From Paraphysomonas bandaiensis (taxonomy: Eukaryota; Protista; Chrysophyceae): a stretch of 64,000 bases of DNA. Positions 1 through 9,539 of the stretch are shown piece after piece (within the stretch, counting starts at the first letter, position 1; every line of letters starts with the position of its first letter). The stretch spans positions 1-64,000 of the forward strand of contig CBFFRP010000020.1 of NCBI GenBank assembly GCA_965644295.1, written 5' to 3'. Under the pieces are notes generated by a model. It made no database searches and had not been told where the DNA came from. It was given only the letters and a program-made list of their open reading frames with translations. Made by a program: the position numbers and the translations under genes.

Positions 1-55
1 CACTTCCGTTCTTTTTGTGTGATATGAAATTCGCCTTTATCGTGTGTCCGTGGAC

Positions 56-3000
56 TCACCGGCGCTTTTGATCTGGGGGTCTCCCTTTGGGATGGGTCTC
101 CATTGGTTTTGGAGGGGGCTCAGCATTCTGAATTAGGGTCCTGAGTGCACCTAGTTCCAGATGTGTGGGTTGGGAGTGGTGGGGATTGTTGGGAGGAGGA
201 GTTGGGTTTGTAGTATGTGTTACTGTGCTCCTGTGGGGCCGCGGGTGTAGATAGAGTTGTCGAAGCCGTCGGCGTTGTGGAGGTCTGGGCAGTCCAGTGC
301 TCTGTCGGGTAGGACCTGTGAGGTGTGCACGTGTGTCTGGAGTCGGATACGCTGTGGGGGGTCTTCGTTGGACCCCTAGTAGTCGAAGGACTCTCGGACG
401 TTGTCTTGACTGACTGCGTTTCGGACGGGGTCTCGGGAGTAGCCTGGGCGGCCTTTTGGACATGGTGATATAGCGACAACCGCGATCCTGTAACATAAGC
501 TTCGCTGCAGTGTAAAGCGGTTGCAGGAGATTAATAACCACTGTTTCTAGGTTCCGTAGACTGTGAGCCGTCAGGTGGTTGTGTATGTCATCTCCGAAGA
601 CCGTTTCCAGTTGGGCTGCTGTGATGGTTCCAGTCCAGTATCTCTCGACCTGTGGGATGGAGGGATTCCAGGCTCTGCTGGAGAGTCTCCGTAGTGCAGA
701 TGTGATCCAGTTGGGTAAGGTCTGAGTTCTCTGTATTTCGTGTAGCACATTTTTATGCGATTGAAATGCAGTTTCCCTTATTTGGGTGATGGATTCATGT
801 GTGCAGTCGAGGCACATATGTTTTAGGGAATCTAGTCGAAACCCGCAGTCAGAGCATGCGGCTTTGGTCAGGTCAAGCCCCTGTTTGGTTTTGGCCCGGT
901 TCCTCCCTATGCAGAAAGATTTGTCCCATGTCAGTGCCGTGTTGAGAATTCTTTGGCGTAGATTTGAGCTGAGTTTGTCTTTGGATGCACTGCCATCCGC
1001 TTGAGCTAGTTTGCGCGGGAGGTGTACTCCGCTATTGGTCCAGTAGCCAGGCGCTCGATCAGGATTGTTTCCGTAGCGTTGATCTCTGGTTGAAGTGTAG
1101 TTCTCAAGTGTCCTTAGGTCGCAGAGATCTTGGAAATCAGTAAGGAGTGGGCTAGAGTAGTATGGCCGTCTTGTACTGTGCAAACGCCAGTGCCATAATC
1201 CAGCGGTTAGTAAGCGTTCAATGGCACTGTCAATCGCAATTGTACAGACAGTGTAGTTATTTTTTCCAAGGATGCGATCGACTTCATGCCAGTCTTCACC
1301 CGCGACTGCGTCCGCAATATAGATGCCCTTGTCCTCAAACGTCCACTCCGTTTCATCTGTGGTACGTCGTTCGGGATGGGACCTCACCCAGGTCACCTGT
1401 CGTTTGCAATCTCTACTGGCCGCGATGCTTTCGAGTAGTACCCCTTTTGCACGGTGACCGAGAGCTCTGCGTCTTGTGGAGAGTGCTTCCTCAGTACGGG
1501 TGCACACTGCCTGACAGTCTGTGTGGCTTCTTATGTGTTCGGGAATGCGTGTTGAGAGTATAAGCCCCATGGCTGTGCCTATGAGTTCATATGCGTATGA
1601 GTCCAAACCTGGCACATCACGAAAGGGTGTATCTAGTCGTAGTATTATGGTTGTACCATCTTCCCAGGCATTTTCTGGGGGTAAGTAGACGACCGCTGCA
1701 CCTCCTCGGTGTGTCCATCGTGTTCGCGGATTGACATGAGTGAGGCGACGCGTGGAGAGCGCACTGGCTGTGTATGATCCATCTGTGAAGATTGCCTTGA
1801 AAGTATCTGGTTGGACGCTATTAAGGCCGAGTTCTTGTTTTAGATTGGTCAGCATGTGTTCATCCTGTGGTTCGGGGGGCTCAGGTTGCTGAAGGGTAAG
1901 GCCCAATTCCGTTCCCCATTCCCTGAGGCTGAGAACATAGTGGTGGTATTGGGGCTGTGGCTCTGTTGTCTGAGTGAGTAGAAAATGTGCTGCTTGACCT
2001 GCTTCTCCCCCGAGGGTTATTGCGCGCTGTAGAGATCCCCATTTTTGCTCCTGCGCCGAGTCTGAGAAACGTTTCATACCTAATCCGTTGTGCTTGAGTG
2101 AGAGGTAGATCAGTTCCGTGGGGTATCCAGGGCCTAGACTGAGGGCCTTTCTGTAGAGGGTTGCGCAAGCAGCGTCAATTTCTCTGTACCAGTGTAGCGG
2201 CCATGAAGCTTTGGTGGCTCTATAGAGCAAAGTCGGTATGATTTGGGTCTCGATAACCATGACTTTACAGCCGGCTGAGGCCTGTTTAATCCCTAGGTGT
2301 GTGGTCACGACTTTCAGGTATTTTAGACACCAATCATGGGAGGCCTTGTCTGTGATTGTGAGAGGAAGGTCTGCTCCGAGGTAATGTATCGACTCTAGTG
2401 ATGTTTGGATAGGGACTGGGTGTGGACGCCACGACCAGTCGTAGAGAATGATGTAGCCAATGGGGTCGGAGGACTTGTTGGAATCTTGTAGGATCGGAAA
2501 CACTGTGCAAACTACTTTGGGGATAGAGAGTTCCATTCCCGAAAGTACGCAGAACGCAGATATTTGTTGGGCAATGAGTTGGGCAGCGTGTATGGATTTA
2601 GCTATTGTGTTAAGATCATCCGCGAAGGAGATCTTTATTTCGCCGGTAGTCGGAGTCGTGAGTTGAATAGTTGGTAACGTTGGACTCGTTGTTGACAGTT
2701 CAATGTCCAGCCACGTGAGAAGGATGTCGTAGAGTGCCACCCAGGCGCATGTGGATTCTGTGCCCCCTTGGGTGATACCCCTTTCGGCTTCGAAACCCAG
2801 ACTGAATAGTGCAATGAAGTGGCCGTCTGCGGACAGGAGGTCAAGGAGAGAACGTGGCTCTATGTTGTTTGCCATGAATGGTGTCCAGGGAAATGTTAGA
2901 CCGCCGGCATCTAAGTTGCCAAACCAGTCAACTACATCGTCCGGAACGCCCAGTCGTGCCCACGCGAGACGCATGAGGTTAGGCGCAATTGAGTCGAAGG

Positions 3001-4249
3001 CCTTCTTGAAGTCCCAGAGTGTACATATATGCTGGTCGCCTTTTCGTCTTGCTTCTTCTGCAGCCGCGAGTACCCTTAGTATCGCTGTGTCCGTCCCGTT
3101 CCTCCAGCGATAACCATGCTGGGACGGATGCAAAACTTTCTGTTCCTCCCATACGGTAAGAATTCTATGAGTGATTATCCTTGTTAATATTTTCCTACTG
3201 ACTTCAAGCAGACCAATCGGTCGGAGATTAGTGAGGGAGGATTCTCCTGGTTTCTTGAGAATGGGAGACATTACCCTGTCTCTCCACCAAATGGGCACAT
3301 GTTTATGTTTCCAGAGAGATCTGGTGAGGATGTAAGCCTCTCGCTGAACTACCGGTGGCCAGGATTTGACCATGTTGGAGGAGACCATTGAGGGTCCAGG
3401 CGCGCGGTTGAAGGAGAGAGAGTGAAGTGTGCAGTAGAATTCATCCTGGGTGATGTCTTTTGCAAGAGTAGATTTGAGTGTGGCTGCCATGGCCGGAGTG
3501 GTCTTGGTACAAAGGGCCCGTCGTAACCCCAGTTGCAGGGGAAGAGGGATTTTCGAGCGGGGGTGGAGTGGTTCCTGGCATGTCGCTGAGCCCGGATCAA
3601 GAAGGGATTTCCACCATGTAGGGTCATCCTGGAGCTGTTGTGCTACAGGGTCAAGTCCAGGAGGTTTGGCATGATGTTCACGGAAGTGCGCATTAATGCC
3701 TTCATGAATGTCTTGCGGTGTTGTGAGGATGTGTCCGTCAGTTGTTTTCACCGTGGTAAGTCGGAGTGGTGTTTTGACCTTGAGACCAATTTTCTGAAGA
3801 ATTGCTTGAAGTCTTTTCTGCTGTAGCAGTGCCTCCATCTGATTGGTGCGAGCCGTGAGTCTAGTCCGCATTTCTGTCCTGGCTCTTCCATGAAGAAGTC
3901 CTCTCAGTCGCAAGGCAATTCGGAGAAGGTTTTTCTTGGTGGCTTGCTTTTCGTTCCAACCCAGGATTACTCGTGGGTCCGCGTTGCGATGGCTGCACCA
4001 GAAGTTGATGTCTGATATGCCTTTGATGTGACCCTGAGAACTCCTGAGATAGGAGTCCCATCGGATGAACCATGCAGTGATGATTTCGTGGGTGGGGGTG
4101 GTTGCCGGGGGCCGCGCCATCCATGCCGTTTGTATCCGGCAGAATTGAACATCTTTTGGATAATCCGCAAAACCATGATCATTCCTTCCTGTATTACTCT
4201 CATTTCCGGGGAAAAGCCATTCTTGAACTTTGAGCGTTTGCGCTGACAA
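56..4249 (-). CDS. Retrotransposon polyprotein, C-terminal part: reverse transcriptase, RNase H, CCHC zinc finger, Pro/Arg-rich tail
   Basis: RT: RAPGPS, LRPIGLLEVSRKIL, QHGYR, DFKKAFDSI, GITQG, FADDL, HYLG (~2370-3410). RNase H: IFTDGS, YELIG, HTDCQ, WVRSH, ADAVA (~1295-1800). Zinc finger: CSDC-x8-HMCLDC (~800-860). Confidence 0.93.
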   Translation of the reverse strand: MSAQTLKVQEWLFPGNESNTGRNDHGFADYPKDVQFCRIQTAWMARPPATTPTHEIITAWFIRWDSYLRSSQGHIKGISDINFWCSHRNADPRVILGWNEKQATKKNLLRIALRLRGLLHGRARTEMRTRLTARTNQMEALLQQKRLQAILQKIGLKVKTPLRLTTVKTTDGHILTTPQDIHEGINAHFREHHAKPPGLDPVAQQLQDDPTWWKSLLDPGSATCQEPLHPRSKIPLPLQLGLRRALCTKTTPAMAATLKSTLAKDITQDEFYCTLHSLSFNRAPGPSMVSSNMVKSWPPVVQREAYILTRSLWKHKHVPIWWRDRVMSPILKKPGESSLTNLRPIGLLEVSRKILTRIITHRILTVWEEQKVLHPSQHGYRWRNGTDTAILRVLAAAEEARRKGDQHICTLWDFKKAFDSIAPNLMRLAWARLGVPDDVVDWFGNLDAGGLTFPWTPFMANNIEPRSLLDLLSADGHFIALFSLGFEAERGITQGGTESTCAWVALYDILLTWLDIELSTTSPTLPTIQLTTPTTGEIKISFADDLNTIAKSIHAAQLIAQQISAFCVLSGMELSIPKVVCTVFPILQDSNKSSDPIGYIILYDWSWRPHPVPIQTSLESIHYLGADLPLTITDKASHDWCLKYLKVVTTHLGIKQASAGCKVMVIETQIIPTLLYRATKASWPLHWYREIDAACATLYRKALSLGPGYPTELIYLSLKHNGLGMKRFSDSAQEQKWGSLQRAITLGGEAGQAAHFLLTQTTEPQPQYHHYVLSLREWGTELGLTLQQPEPPEPQDEHMLTNLKQELGLNSVQPDTFKAIFTDGSYTASALSTRRLTHVNPRTRWTHRGGAAVVYLPPENAWEDGTTIILRLDTPFRDVPGLDSYAYELIGTAMGLILSTRIPEHIRSHTDCQAVCTRTEEALSTRRRALGHRAKGVLLESIAASRDCKRQVTWVRSHPERRTTDETEWTFEDKGIYIADAVAGEDWHEVDRILGKNNYTVCTIAIDSAIERLLTAGLWHWRLHSTRRPYYSSPLLTDFQDLCDLRTLENYTSTRDQRYGNNPDRAPGYWTNSGVHLPRKLAQADGSASKDKLSSNLRQRILNTALTWDKSFCIGRNRAKTKQGLDLTKAACSDCGFRLDSLKHMCLDCTHESITQIRETAFQSHKNVLHEIQRTQTLPNWITSALRRLSSRAWNPSIPQVERYWTGTITAAQLETVFGDDIHNHLTAHSLRNLETVVINLLQPLYTAAKLMLQDRGCRYITMSKRPPRLLPRPRPKRSQSRQRPRVLRLLGVQRRPPTAYPTPDTRAHLTGPTRQSTGLPRPPQRRRLRQLYLHPRPHRSTVTHTTNPTPPPNNPHHSQPTHLELGALRTLIQNAEPPPKPMETHPKGRPPDQKRR

Positions 4250-4472
4250 CGTTCGTGTAGTCGTGTGCTATAAGTACATGCAGGACGCTTCGCTTCAAGC
4301 GAAGCCTGGAGGGTTATGTGATGGATGGCCGCTAGTCTGTTGGCTGCCACCTCAGGAGGGAGTATGGCAGACGATCCGTTGTCTAAATGTGGTAGTTGTG
4401 CATGAAGTTGGAGGAGTCTTGCGGTGTATGCCTGTACTTCCTTGGAGTCCTTCGGGTTTACATTGAGACGGG
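4100..4472 (-). CDS. Frameshifted linker between endonuclease and RT parts (within ORF 3967..4584)
   Basis: Removing one C in the C6 run at ~4470-4475 and adding one C in the C5 run at ~4107-4111 joins both large ORFs (which share a frame) through RIPRLNVNPKD...KFKNGFSPEMRVIQ...HGWRGPPAT. Confidence 0.65.
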
Positions 4473-7400
4473 GGGATTCGGAGGTGCGACTCAGGTGGTC
4501 GAGGGTCAAGATTGACTGGTACAGTGAAACCGACCCAGACCGGTCGATGATCGAAGGCTGCTGCGAGTAGTGAGGGGGAGTCAAGGCAGCCAGTGTCCGT
4601 AACAGACATGTTCGGAAGTAACGGCGTGTGTAGAATATGATCGATCCGCGATATTCCTTTGTCTAATCTGTGGAAGGTATGATATGTTTTCCTGGGTAGG
4701 AGAAGCTCATGGAGTGGTGCAGCCAGTTGGAGTTTGTCGGCAAGTGGTCGTATGTCTCTGCCTTTCGGATTTGTCTCCATGGAGCCATTGAAGTCGCCGG
4801 CGACAATGACAGTATGGTCCTTGGCTCTGGCTTTAGTGACCCATTTCGTAAGGATGTTGCATAGGAGCTTGTAGGGGTCAGCAGTACAGATACCACGGGA
4901 CGCTCTCCCTAGCTTGGTCAATTTGCTCCATAATGTGCAAGAGCCTGGCGTGGATGGCTTCGGGGGTAGATAGACGCTTATTAGTACTAGGGTGTGCGCC
5001 ACCGACGTTTTGAACTCTAGTCGGCTCACTAAACCAAGTCCCGTAAAGTCAGCCTTTGTGAAGGCGAGACGGCGCTTCCAGTATTCGCTGATTATGACTA
5101 CTGTACCCCCCATTAGTGGGTCTCTTGAAGTCAGTTTTGGCTGCTTGCTGAGGAAGAGGCATATTCTTGATCCCTGGATTGCATCTTCTATGATACGTGT
5201 GAAGAAGTTGGCCTGAGTTTCTGTTAGACGGACATCCTGTAATAGGAGCACGTCCAATTTTTGCCGCTTAAAGTGTCGGATGATAGCTTGGACTTTGCCT
5301 GTGTGAGATGCCGGATTGCCATTTGTGTTCCATGTGGAGAGTCGGAGTCCCATGGCTGCTCCCGAGGGAGCCTTGGGGATGCTGCTGGAGGTCTCTGTAG
5401 GAGTTCCACTCTTGTCTGCAAGGAGTCTGTCCCATACTGCTTTATTGGCACCGCCTATGTCGCTGTCGTACGCAGCCCTGGCTTGGATTAATATCTCAAG
5501 TGGCCAGCGTTGATCACACCAGTAATGATGCCCGTAGTTGATGAGAAGTTCTTCATCCTTAGCAATGGGACGTATTGTACGGACATAGAGGCGTTTATTT
5601 TTCGTGACAAACTTGACATTAGCCATGTTTGTGGCTAGGGGGTCATTAATATACCCAGCTTCGCATGTTACACATTGTCGGACTTGGTCAAAGCCATCTA
5701 TTGCGAAGGTACCAGTACTGTCTTGAACTATGTAATCAGAACGCCTTGCAGACTGACTCAGCTTTGTTAGTGGATAGCGTTTGCCTTTGTACTCAGCAAT
5801 GATGACGTCTGCTGGGAATGTGTTCTTCGCATAAAGGGATAGTCCTTTGGCAGTGTTATCGGCGTACGCAATGTAGAACTTTCTTGACCAGTCCTTGTCC
5901 CAGCTGGTGGTATCAAGTGCTGGAGTTGGTCTGATCGTTCGTGTGGTCGTGGATTGGTGTGAGTTGTGAAGGTTCGTTGGTTGGTCACTTTCATCGTAAT
6001 TTACGACCTTTTTGGCTTTCCGGGTTGGCTGGCATCGACTTGTCAACGCAGTTTGGGCGTGTTTCAACTGCATCTTCTTGTGCGATGGTAGTGCTCCAGG
6101 GGTTGAAGCCTGCAGAATCTGTCGATTTGTTCGTGCTAACTTGGTGCTGCTGGACGAGGTTGTTCTGGTGCTGGTCGTCTTTGATGTCCTATTGTTGTTC
6201 GTGATTGAGTCCGCGGGAAGTGTAGGTGGAGCGATGGGGTCAGACGTTGAGAGTATACTGGTGGCCAAGGTGTTTTCAAGAGATAGTAGGGCGTTGTCTA
6301 GGGCAGTAGAAAGACCGGCAGGGTCTAAGAGGAAGTAGTGAGCATCTTGTAGTATGACATGGTAGTAGTTATCACGAATAGCGTTCCTAAGTTCCTCCAC
6401 CTTCCATGCGATGTTATAAGCTACTTTGTCAGTAGGGATACCTACAATGCTGAGATAATTACCATTTTGCGCCCACGTCGTGCAGGGGTTGATAGTAGAG
6501 GCTAAAAGGTGGACCTCTCGCACTGAGAGCCAGTGAGTTATGTCGTCCTCCGTAGTGTATGTTGTTTTGGCAGGTATTAAAAGTGCGGCCTGTGCGTGAT
6601 CCAACTTATGTCGTAGTGGCTGAAGTGTGTGATGGGCCATGCACTCCCGTTGCATTGTGTCGAACGCTTGGGTGCCTAATGTATTTATAAAAGATGCTAG
6701 CGTGTGACGGTCCTTGCGTTGTTTGAGGTCTAATTTCAGACAGGAGCGAGTGTGTCGCCTGCTTGAAGCAAGAATGTGCAGATGATAGAGTGTGCTGTAT
6801 GCGCAGTATCCATCACTTGGGATATGTTGTTGTGTGCGAAGGGCTGAGGGTCTGAGGGTGAGGCGATAGACTCTGCTCATGTCGCACATATGGAGCCTGA
6901 GTTGTCGACGGTCCGTGGGGTTCATCTGCCGTAGTTGACGTCGAGCTCTCGGTGACAAGGAGACTGCAATTACTTCCCTCTGTTCCTGTTGCTCTCTTTG
7001 CTCATGTAGCATAGATGGTACAGTTGACGGTTCAGAAGTCCAGATGATGTTGGTGCTCTGTCTGGAGGTCTGGTGTTGTAGAAAACAGGATAGCCGCTCC
7101 TGAGTTCGTGTTAGAGCGTGCATGATGGAGGTGGGGATATTTGTTGCATTTAGTATGTGAAACCCATGCTGGCTGCGTATGATGTCATGGGTTACCACAG
7201 TGTTGGTAGAAGCGTGCACTGTTAGTGCCTGTCTGGAGAATGGTGATAGCTGTGCCCAACCAGGCGCCAGGTGCGGTTGAACAGCGTCCCATAGTCTGTA
7301 TGGTATGGAGAGAAGATCGAGTAGCAGTTGGAAATCCTCCGTGTCTAGATGTAGTCCTGTGTGTGGATTCGAGGATTCATATTGCATAAGTGTCTTACGG

Positions 7401-9145
7401 AGAGTGACAGTGGCTGTTGAGGGAATACCCTTTGTCAGGCAAAGGGTCCGCACATGCCTAGATACAACATGAGTGGAGTCTGCCCAGGGTTTGTTGCCAT
7501 TCGCGAGATGCTGGGCAACTAGTAGGGCGCTGTGCGTGGTGTCCAATTTGTGCTCTGGTAGCGTGAATGATATCATGAGATCATAGTTGTCCGTCCTGGA
7601 AGCCTTGGCTATGAATCCTTCCCATATGTCTAAACAGGCAGGGGATAGCATGTGTGCGTATATTTCTTTTAAAAGGTTTCCCTGTGGGGAGGCAGCAATG
7701 GTTTGGGTTTCATCATATCTAACCCAGTTGTTCAGCAGATCGGAGTGAAAGGGCGTGTGACCCCGGCCCTCTGTGTAGTGTAGGGGGTATGTGGCAATAT
7801 CCTTGGGCAGTACATCCGGCCTGAGGTCAGGAGTGGTAGTGGAGAGTGAGGATGGGCCGTCTGGGGCTAATGCTGGAGTTCCCATGGTGTTCAGTTGAGT
7901 AAGGTTGGTGGTAGGTGGCTTCCGTTTGACTGGGAAATAGTCAAATAACGTTGCATACGGTGTGGTGGCATCCTTAGTGGGTAAGGGTAATGTGTGGGTG
8001 GATTTGCTGGGTCCGTCACCGCTGTTATCGGAGGAGAATTCCTTCCCCTGAAGGGCGTGGGAGGGATGGTTGATGGACCTGGCACGGTGGACTCCTTGCA
8101 TTCCCTTGGAATGACATTGCAACACATTTTGGAGACGCATGATGACGAGGTCAGGAATTCTCTCGAGTAGCGCGTGTAGTTCCAACTCCACCGGGTATTT
8201 GGTGTCCAGGAAGAAGTGATCGTTGGAGCAAAACACATCATAAGATGGAAGGAATTGAGTTTGTGGAAGGAAGGAGGAATAGTGGGTGGACCAGTACGCC
8301 CAGTAAGGGAGAGGCGATAGTTTGTCTGGGGGTTTTCTAGGAGGAGGTAGAGTGTACTGTGTGTGTGTATGACACTGCAGTGGTGTTATGAGTGTGTTGG
8401 ACAGAGAGAGAGAGCTGGTGATGTGTCCAACAGTACAGGTAGACAGGTACATGGACATGGTGATGTGTCCAACAGTACAGGTAGACAGGTACATGGACAT
8501 GGTGATGTGTCCAACAGTACAGGTAGACAGGTACATGGACATGGTGATGTGTCCAACAGCAGTAGAGGTATACACGGAATGGTATACATCCTGTAGGACA
8601 CAGTAGTACAGTAGTCGAGTATACCGTATGCGGAATACAGTGTCTATCCAATGAGATGGATGGGCTGTGGGGGTGATAGGTGAACAGGGTGAGGGGGTAG
8701 CCTGCTGGGTGGATGGACCACAGACAAACCATGTTGGGTTGGGTTGAGTGGGCGGCAGAAGGCAGCCCTGTTGCACAGTTGAGAGGGATCGAGAGTATTC
8801 AGTGATTGCATAGGGGGTCCATGGGGGTCGTTTTCGTGAGCCTGCTCGCACGAGCCATGTTCTGAGAGGTTGTAGCCGTAGAAAGCGATGGGTGAGACGA
8901 AGTTGTCTGCTGAGGGGATAGCACGTAGGTGCGGTCAGCGCTGCATTGGTGCAGGCACGTGGTTTAACTGAAGTAGTTGAGTAGGGTGAAGGTTGCAAGG
9001 CCAGGCAGGGGGGCTTGGAGCGTGTACAACATGGTGTGACAGGTAATTTGTCGGAAGCGTGGTGGTCAACAAAATGCAGCAGTAAGGGAGTGTAAAAGGC
9101 CCTGGGCACACTGATGTGACTCAGCCACAGTCTCAATAGAGACAT
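4352..9145 (-). CDS. Retrotransposon polyprotein, N-terminal part: low-complexity region, OTU-like protease, SET domain, apurinic-like endonuclease (true start Met uncertain)
   Basis: OTU-like HIPSDGYCAYS (~6795-6825) and HVILQDAHYFL (~6330-6362). SET: KGLSLYAK..IIAEYKG..FAIDG..AGYINDP..NVKFV..IAKDEELLINYG..YW (~5515-5850). APE: STWNTNG, DVLLLQD, SVYLP, AGDFNG, SRIDHIL, DHRPV (~4535-5350). Confidence 0.85.
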   Translation of the reverse strand: MSLLRLWLSHISVPRAFYTPLLLHFVDHHASDKLPVTPCCTRSKPPCLALQPSPYSTTSVKPRACTNAALTAPTCYPLSRQLRLTHRFLRLQPLRTWLVRAGSRKRPPWTPYAITEYSRSLSTVQQGCLLPPTQPNPTWFVCGPSTQQATPSPCSPITPTAHPSHWIDTVFRIRYTRLLYYCVLQDVYHSVYTSTAVGHITMSMYLSTCTVGHITMSMYLSTCTVGHITMSMYLSTCTVGHITSSLSLSNTLITPLQCHTHTQYTLPPPRKPPDKLSPLPYWAYWSTHYSSFLPQTQFLPSYDVFCSNDHFFLDTKYPVELELHALLERIPDLVIMRLQNVLQCHSKGMQGVHRARSINHPSHALQGKEFSSDNSGDGPSKSTHTLPLPTKDATTPYATLFDYFPVKRKPPTTNLTQLNTMGTPALAPDGPSSLSTTTPDLRPDVLPKDIATYPLHYTEGRGHTPFHSDLLNNWVRYDETQTIAASPQGNLLKEIYAHMLSPACLDIWEGFIAKASRTDNYDLMISFTLPEHKLDTTHSALLVAQHLANGNKPWADSTHVVSRHVRTLCLTKGIPSTATVTLRKTLMQYESSNPHTGLHLDTEDFQLLLDLLSIPYRLWDAVQPHLAPGWAQLSPFSRQALTVHASTNTVVTHDIIRSQHGFHILNATNIPTSIMHALTRTQERLSCFLQHQTSRQSTNIIWTSEPSTVPSMLHEQREQQEQREVIAVSLSPRARRQLRQMNPTDRRQLRLHMCDMSRVYRLTLRPSALRTQQHIPSDGYCAYSTLYHLHILASSRRHTRSCLKLDLKQRKDRHTLASFINTLGTQAFDTMQRECMAHHTLQPLRHKLDHAQAALLIPAKTTYTTEDDITHWLSVREVHLLASTINPCTTWAQNGNYLSIVGIPTDKVAYNIAWKVEELRNAIRDNYYHVILQDAHYFLLDPAGLSTALDNALLSLENTLATSILSTSDPIAPPTLPADSITNNNRTSKTTSTRTTSSSSTKLARTNRQILQASTPGALPSHKKMQLKHAQTALTSRCQPTRKAKKVVNYDESDQPTNLHNSHQSTTTRTIRPTPALDTTSWDKDWSRKFYIAYADNTAKGLSLYAKNTFPADVIIAEYKGKRYPLTKLSQSARRSDYIVQDSTGTFAIDGFDQVRQCVTCEAGYINDPLATNMANVKFVTKNKRLYVRTIRPIAKDEELLINYGHHYWCDQRWPLEILIQARAAYDSDIGGANKAVWDRLLADKSGTPTETSSSIPKAPSGAAMGLRLSTWNTNGNPASHTGKVQAIIRHFKRQKLDVLLLQDVRLTETQANFFTRIIEDAIQGSRICLFLSKQPKLTSRDPLMGGTVVIISEYWKRRLAFTKADFTGLGLVSRLEFKTSVAHTLVLISVYLPPKPSTPGSCTLWSKLTKLGRASRGICTADPYKLLCNILTKWVTKARAKDHTVIVAGDFNGSMETNPKGRDIRPLADKLQLAAPLHELLLPRKTYHTFHRLDKGISRIDHILHTPLLPNMSVTDTGCLDSPSLLAAAFDHRPVWVGFTVPVNLDPRPPESHLRIPPSQCKPEGLQGSTGIHRKTPPTSCTTTTFRQRIVCHTPS
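8416..8559. repeat. 42-bp tandem repeat, ~3.4 copies, near the 5' end of the LINE
   Basis: tggtgatgtgtccaacagtacaggtagacaggtacatggaca starts at 8416, 8458 and 8500, with a partial copy at 8542. Confidence 0.95.
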
Positions 9146-9539
9146 TGGGCTTGGAGCTGGTTAATAGAGTGAAACTTTATGTTGGACTGTATTTGCCATC
9201 GTAGGGCAGAGAATTATACGTTCTTGGCTACATACATTCAGTAGATCATGCCATAGCCAAAGACCCCACTACGTGAATGATGCCTGGCTGAAGTACATAA
9301 ATATTTAATACACAATGCTAATACCTAAAACACAATATGAAAATCCACAACTTACAGAAATGTTTTCGGGAGAATGACACATGCATATGACAGAATCGAA
9401 TAGGCTTTCACTATTAATTTATTACATTGAACGAACATAAAGTCCGCATGCTGCTGCAATAGCGAACTAGCGTGAGCTTTGTTCAAAATCAGAGTAATTA
9501 CTAGACATCTGAAATTTGACGATGAACTTTAGCTCACAG

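Larger units (their letters stand above)
1..9150 (-). mobile_element. Non-LTR retrotransposon (APE-type LINE with RNase H) carrying OTU-like and SET domains; 3' end runs off the window start, 5' boundary approximate
   Basis: GC-richer, intronless block with minus-strand ORFs containing APE, RT, RNase H and CCHC motifs in canonical LINE order; its 3' UTR is homologous to a second fragment at ~20187-20270. Confidence 0.92.

Noticed and set aside
4100-4480. Programmed ribosomal frameshifting in the LINE
   Set aside because: Would need two opposite shifts; no X XXY YYZ slippery heptamer seen; homopolymer indels are simpler
8416-8559. CRISPR-like array
   Set aside because: Units are contiguous and identical with no unique spacers; eukaryotic context; no cas genes
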